NCBI GenBank assembly: GCA_043381765.1
Contig: JBHJMP010000050.1
Location: 1-32,103 of the forward strand
Reading direction: 5' to 3'
Source: Collodictyon triciliatum
Taxonomy: Eukaryota
Length of the DNA stretch: 32,103 nucleotides
Below are positions 26,842-32,103 of the stretch, one piece after another. The first letter of the stretch is position 1. Each line of letters begins with the position of its first letter. Below the pieces are notes generated by a model. That model saw only the letters and a program-made list of their open reading frames with translations. It ran no database searches and was not told the origin of the DNA. The position numbers were made by a program, and so were the translations under genes.

Positions 26842-29800
26842 TCACGAATCCCCACGCTTGCGCACAACTTTCCCAAACATGACGTGGTTGTGGCGATACA
26901 ACGCAAGTGTCGATGGGACTTTCCGGAATGGTTTTGGCTGAATCACGATAGAATAGCCTCCGCCTGCTGACACGAAGATGACCTGTATTGAGGCAGAAGT
27001 TGTTCATTCATCTATCGTCCCAAAAAAAAAAATAATTAAAATGAATAGATGTTGTCGCTGCACCTTTCAAACGGTATCGTGTGCGTACGAAAGTTACAGA
27101 ACCACACGCCATAGAACACATAGCGACAAACAAACCTTTGCCTTCGACATCAGCTCTTGCTTAATGGCCATGAACGGAACAAGGTCGTCGGTGGAATACG
27201 GCCTGATAGGGATAAAAGGGCAAAAAAAAAGCGTTCAGTCACACGGAATAGCCACACATGGAGCGAATATCGGTGCCATCGTGGTTGGCATGGCGGACTG
27301 ATTCCACGGCTGGCTGCTTACCGGACTTCCAGAGTAGCCATGTCAATCAGAGATAGTTGGGCGAGGTATGTGACATCAATCGTGCTGGTGATGTCCACGT
27401 TGGAATAACTAAGGAATTTGCGGAGGGGATAGTAAGTCTACATGCTGGACGAAAGTGTTTGACGGTGAAAAAGGGTTAAGAGCGAGGGCCATGGCGATAC
27501 TTATGATTTCTGCCGTGCCCAACGATTGAACACAACATCTTTGTGGATGGTGATGAAAGTGTCTGCATCATCACTGAAATGTCTTCTTCATATGTATGGC
27601 AAATGCAAGCCTACATGGATGTGTGGATGTTGGGCGGGCCATTCGGCTTTTCCTTCATGAATAGGTACACGCGACATAAAAATGTCTCTTGTGCAAAAAA
27701 CTCTTGGTGGAATAACGACGCAGAAAATATCGCCTGTGACGCTGGGAATGAGTCTGGTGTGTTTCTTTTCGGCGGTTTCCTTATTAATGGCGTTTTGGCA
27801 TCCCGGTGGAACAGATTTTCGACACCAATGTTCTGGTTCTGTATATTGCATGAGGTATGGATATGGTTAGCATAGTGAAAAGGCAAATCACGAATATATA
27901 TACGGAAAACAAGACATTTTTGTGATTAATATATGAATAACGAATCCATTCAAATTGATAGATTACTTCGATGCATTTCTTGCATATGATACTATTTTCT
28001 GAAAGGTATTGATGTCCAACCGGCAGGCAAGAAAAGTGGTAGGTGCAGAGGCAAAGAGCACAACTCAGAAGCTGGTTTCTATATCCAAGATTGTTTGATG
28101 TGGTTTATTAAGTAGTTATGTCACGTGTTTCCTATCCCGTTTTGATATTTAATTTCTTGGTCTGTGAGGTATGAGGGAGCCGAGCTTGATTATTAGAATA
28201 GAAAGTATACCTGTTGCCAGGCAAAAGGCAGCGGTGACAAATGTGACACGGGCATTTAAATTGGAATGCAGAGGAGGAACTTCCCGTATACAGATGCATT
28301 CTGCCGCCAGTGGCTGTAGGGCCGACCTTCAACGTGTGACCGACAAGCAACGCATCCTGCGTACAATGAATGTGGCTAAAAACGTCGCATCCGTCTTCAT
28401 GGCATTGGAAAACCTGAGCAAAATCGGTCCCGTATTTCCCACAGAAGTTGCACATGTGCTGGATAGTCGCGGTAAATATGTAAGTATAAGATTTATCATG
28501 AATATATTTAAAGAAAATAGGTGCTTATATTTTGACATTCAAATTTTTGGAATGAGTAAAGCCAAGAGGAAAAAGAATGCGAATATATGTGTTTTGTTTT
28601 AGTTCGGATATGATGACTTACTGTGCCATCCTTGCAGTCATTACAACACCAGTGGCTGGTCGAAAATTTAGATTCTGTTATTTTAAAGTCTGCTTCAAGC
28701 CCAAAGCAACTCTCATCGCTAGAATGGTCACTTTGATAATCAATTCCTGTGGGGTTGTGACTGCCCAGCGGTGTTATGATTGGTTCTGTCTGGGGCCGAG
28801 GCTGTCCAATTGCTGCTATGATTGAGGTTTGAGTTGCTTGTGTCATTTGATTTATTGTTGATTTATTGTTGATTTATTGTTGATTTATTGTTGATTTATT
28901 GTTGATTTATCAGCTATTAATAGCAACGACATAAGAGGATGTACTGATTTAAACTCTTGAAATATGCATACTTGCCACATCGGAAGTGGGGAGAGCACTT
29001 AGAGTTTCGATCGATGCTGTTTCTCCAAACGATTCGTTCACACAGCGCGGGTGAAAAAGACGGTTGCAGTGGCCGTGGCACGAAATAAGCGGGAGTTCTG
29101 ATCCAAAACATATCGAGCAAATAGAAGGACGGAGCTGTGATGTTTGAGAGCATAACAAAAGAAAAAATTAATCAGGTCAAATGATATGAAGTGTTGGAAA
29201 AATGATTTTTTTTACATTTACATTATATATCATGTTCATGAAACAAACACATATTCATGAATAGAGTTTGATGTATTTATTTAAATCCAGAAAGATTCAT
29301 CCCTATAAATTTTTGGTACACCGCGTGATGATAAGATAATCAATTTGAATTTTTCAAGATTTTGGGGAAAATTTTCCTATATGAAAGTGATGAATGCTAG
29401 GTACCGTCTGTGATAAGTATCGCTTGCATTTTCCAGCGTGGTGCAGCAAGCGTATTTCGTTGTAGGTCGACATGAATCCTATAATGAAATATTGTAAACA
29501 CTTCACAATCCAAGCCATGTGTCCTCCAAATCTAAATTAAAGAAATAATAAAAGGTCGAATAACCCCCGGTGATACATCCCAGGAGGTGGTGGATAGAGC
29601 TTGTAAAAGGATTCATGGTTTGTTCTCATACACAATGCGAGTTTATTAATTTAATGATTAAATAGTAATGCGGCTAACTAAATACCAACCTTTAAATCTT
29701 TCCTCCTTGGAACGAATGTATAAAAAATCAGACGCAACATTCGAATCTTCTAATTTTTCAAAGTTAAAATTTAATCACTGATGAGCATGCAATGACACAG

Positions 29801-31745
29801 GGGTATATTCCATTGAATTTAATGAGGGATTATGAATACTGAGCAAAACAGTATCTTATTTTTTTTTTGATAATTTGTTTCAAAGTAGGTTCTCATTATA
29901 ACATTCTATAGTTTCTCTCTTGTGCTTGGTATGAAGAGTATATCAAACCTTTTGGGACCACCTTGATCATTTTCAGTGTATTTATCGTACTTATCACCAC
30001 AGGAGCAGATGGGTCATCCATCCCTCGCTTTTCATCGAATGAAATGGATTTTCTTCGGTTTTGTCTTTGAACAGGGCTATTTAACTGTGATTGTTCTTCG
30101 GTAACATCACAGGCGATAGTCTTTGGAGAGTTTACAAGCTTTTCCATCGTTGTGCAAGAAACAAGGGATACACATGCAATGTCTGAGCTTGAATCTTGGA
30201 TATTTTCAGTCACATCTGTTTCTAATTGTGCATCTTCCAGCGTATCCGGAACAGCAACAAGAGTTAAGGATTTTGGGAGAGCTAAAGGTGATGCATCCTT
30301 GTGTGCTTTGCTGGTTAACACAGCAGACTTTGCGGGTGTCATTGAATTTTCTTGCGCGAGCGATTCAAAGATTTCGTCCGTAGATGTGTTTACCGAGAAT
30401 CGCTTGACTTTGTCAAAGTCGATGCGATTTTCATCTTCCTCGCTGGCGCTGTCTCCTTCAAATCCTGTACCGAATGTACTTGTATATCCCGAAAACAGTT
30501 TTGAACTTGTGCTGCGTGCAAGACGCTCCAGGACAGACAGATTGATGCCAAACTCTTTCTCTTCACGCGGTGCATATGACTTTGTTTTATATGCCACAGC
30601 GGGTTTCAGCTCGATGTAGTTGAATCGTTGGACAGGTTGGACGATGTTCTAAAGATGATTGGAGATGTGTCAATGGAAAGAAAGAAAAAAAAAAGAAAAA
30701 AAGAAATGAAATCCGATAATGGGCCTCGTTGTTCTTGATGAAACAATTCAATATCCTTGAGTGTGCGTGTACTTTTTTATGTTAAGTGAAAGGTCTGAAT
30801 ATGGTTTAATTTGTCTTATGTGTGTTTATTTGTATAAAGAAATTTATTTGTAATCTTTTATTTCTGGTTCATTTTGAAGCGATGTTGTTAGTGTGTCTTG
30901 ATATTTTTCCGTTTAATAACTTTACGAAAATACCTGGCATCTTTATATATGTCGTTGTCGGAAAAGTGATTATCAATTTTCCTGTCAAGTATGTAATGGA
31001 GAGAAAAAAAGGGGTGTTTTTCATTCATCACCTGCTCGGTCATGATGAAACGATAGTGCAATCTCGATAGCGTGATTCTACCGCGCGGTGGGAATTTCTG
31101 GACGATTCCGTCGATAGAAATCGTGGTTCCATCGAGCTGCGATAGGGTTTTTTGTGAAGAGTCTTTCCACGGAGTCAATTGCTGAGTCTCTTCTCGATCC
31201 ACAGCATCTAATGTGGGGTGTTTTTGGTAGTTGAATGACAGAATATATATATGTGATAATTTATTCATATCATCGGGTGAAGAAACACAATTCTTTGGGA
31301 TAATTTAGGTATTTTTGTCCAGAATCCCAGAACAAAACAGAGAAAACTGTGAGCTTTCTCATTACATCAGTTTAAGATATAAAAAAAAATGAATATGTAG
31401 TTGTGTAGACAAAGATATGGGATAATGAACCGCCTTTAATATTGTAATCTTTCTTCAAAACAACGATAATAATATATGAATGTATAGTTGTAAGAGATGT
31501 GGAATAAGAAAGGATGGTCGAAAGAAATGGGCCCAAACTGTAAATTAAAGTGGAAAAGAGAAAGGATACAGGATATGACTTTTTCAAGAAAAAAAACCTG
31601 GTATTTCAGTACGGGCTCGTTTATGAGTTGGAGTTGGTGTTGAAGTCGGTTGCAACTCGGGCGTATCAGCTTGCATGTTTTGGGAGTCAAAACGCGCCTG
31701 TGCCGTCCCAGAGAGGATTTCAAGACCCTCCAACTTACGACTCAT
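26842..31745 (-). CDS. EDM2/NSD-type multi-PHD-finger protein with C-terminal SPOC-like domain, 13 exons, ~797 aa
   Basis: Exons 31745-31598, 31207-31032, 30648-29949, 29749-29690, 29478-29405, 29134-28972, 28815-28622, 28458-28211, 28078-27967, 27838-27615, 27408-27322, 27202-27136, 26982-26842; all GT-AG and phase-consistent. PHD cassette CSIC..LISCHGHCNRLFHPRC..WCCNDCKDGTHMCNFC..QVFQCHEDGCDVFSHIHC..FKCPCHICHRC..CALCLCTYHFSCLP..IICKKC. Protein ends MFGKVVRKRGDS*. Confidence 0.8.
28846..28910. repeat. 11-bp minisatellite (TTGATTTATTG) x~6 in an intron of the PHD gene
   Basis: Read directly. Confidence 0.9.
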
Positions 31746-31899
31746 TCTGCTTGTCTCAAAGTGTGTCCTTTTGGCAAGAACAGGTATCGTGTGGAATTAT
31801 TATGGTCAGAGCAGTTAAGAGGCAATACACCGGGTTCAGAAATTATTACATGAGGAAGTTTGGAAACATCATTCGGCATTTTATGTCTTCTCTCTTTAG

Positions 31900-32045
31900 C
31901 TTTTGTGTTTCTCTTATTTTTTCTTTTTTCTTTTTCTCTCTTTTCACTCTTTTCTCTCTCTTTTTTCTCTTTTTCTTCTTTTGTTTTTGTTTTTGTTTTT
32001 GTTTTTGTTTTTGTTTTTTTGTTTTTTTTGTTTTTTTGTTTTTTT

Positions 32046-32084
<39 letters not shown>

Positions 32085-32103
32085 TTTTTTTTTTTTGTTT
32101 TTT
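31900..32103. repeat. T-rich low-complexity tract (TTTTC, TTTTG, poly-T) to the window end
   Basis: Read directly; may mark a contig end. Confidence 0.85.

Noticed and set aside
30649-30933. Extra exon needing a GC-AG intron (GAG|gcccat at 30724) in the PHD gene
   Set aside because: A canonical CAG|gtgatg donor at 31031 joins in phase to 30648; the GC donor is weak. An alternative isoform cannot be excluded.
10697-31569. U12-type donor look-alikes (GTATCCTTT at 10706 and 31569 on minus; ATATCCTTT at 20365 on plus)
   Set aside because: Two lie inside U2 introns behind in-frame stops and one lies within an open exon; no convincing U12 branch site; about this many are expected by chance.

Overview
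Intron-dense, AT-rich eukaryotic genomic DNA, probably from a unicellular eukaryote (lineage not determinable here), with one 100-N assembly gap. Manual GT-AG splicing gives six protein-coding genes in the standard code: CARNMT1/N2227-like methyltransferase (+, 3217-6347), a small LYR-motif protein (-, 6636-6989), a BAR-like + RhoGAP protein (-, 7351-11261), SRP receptor alpha (-, 12031-17060), an ataxin-7/Sgf73-like SAGA subunit (+, ~19883-25776) and a ~797-aa protein joining an EDM2/NSD-type PHD-finger cassette to a divergent C-terminal SPOC-like domain (-, 26842-31745). A decayed L1/Tx1-like LINE 3' fragment occupies 1-567, and many introns carry microsatellites. The most interesting items are the PHD-SPOC fusion, which is not visible in the ORF track, and an unusual intron grammar: frequent AAG acceptors, GTT donors and balanced T(n)A(n) palindromes near 3' splice sites. 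All gene models are hand-built without transcript or database support, and family comparisons are from recalled motifs.
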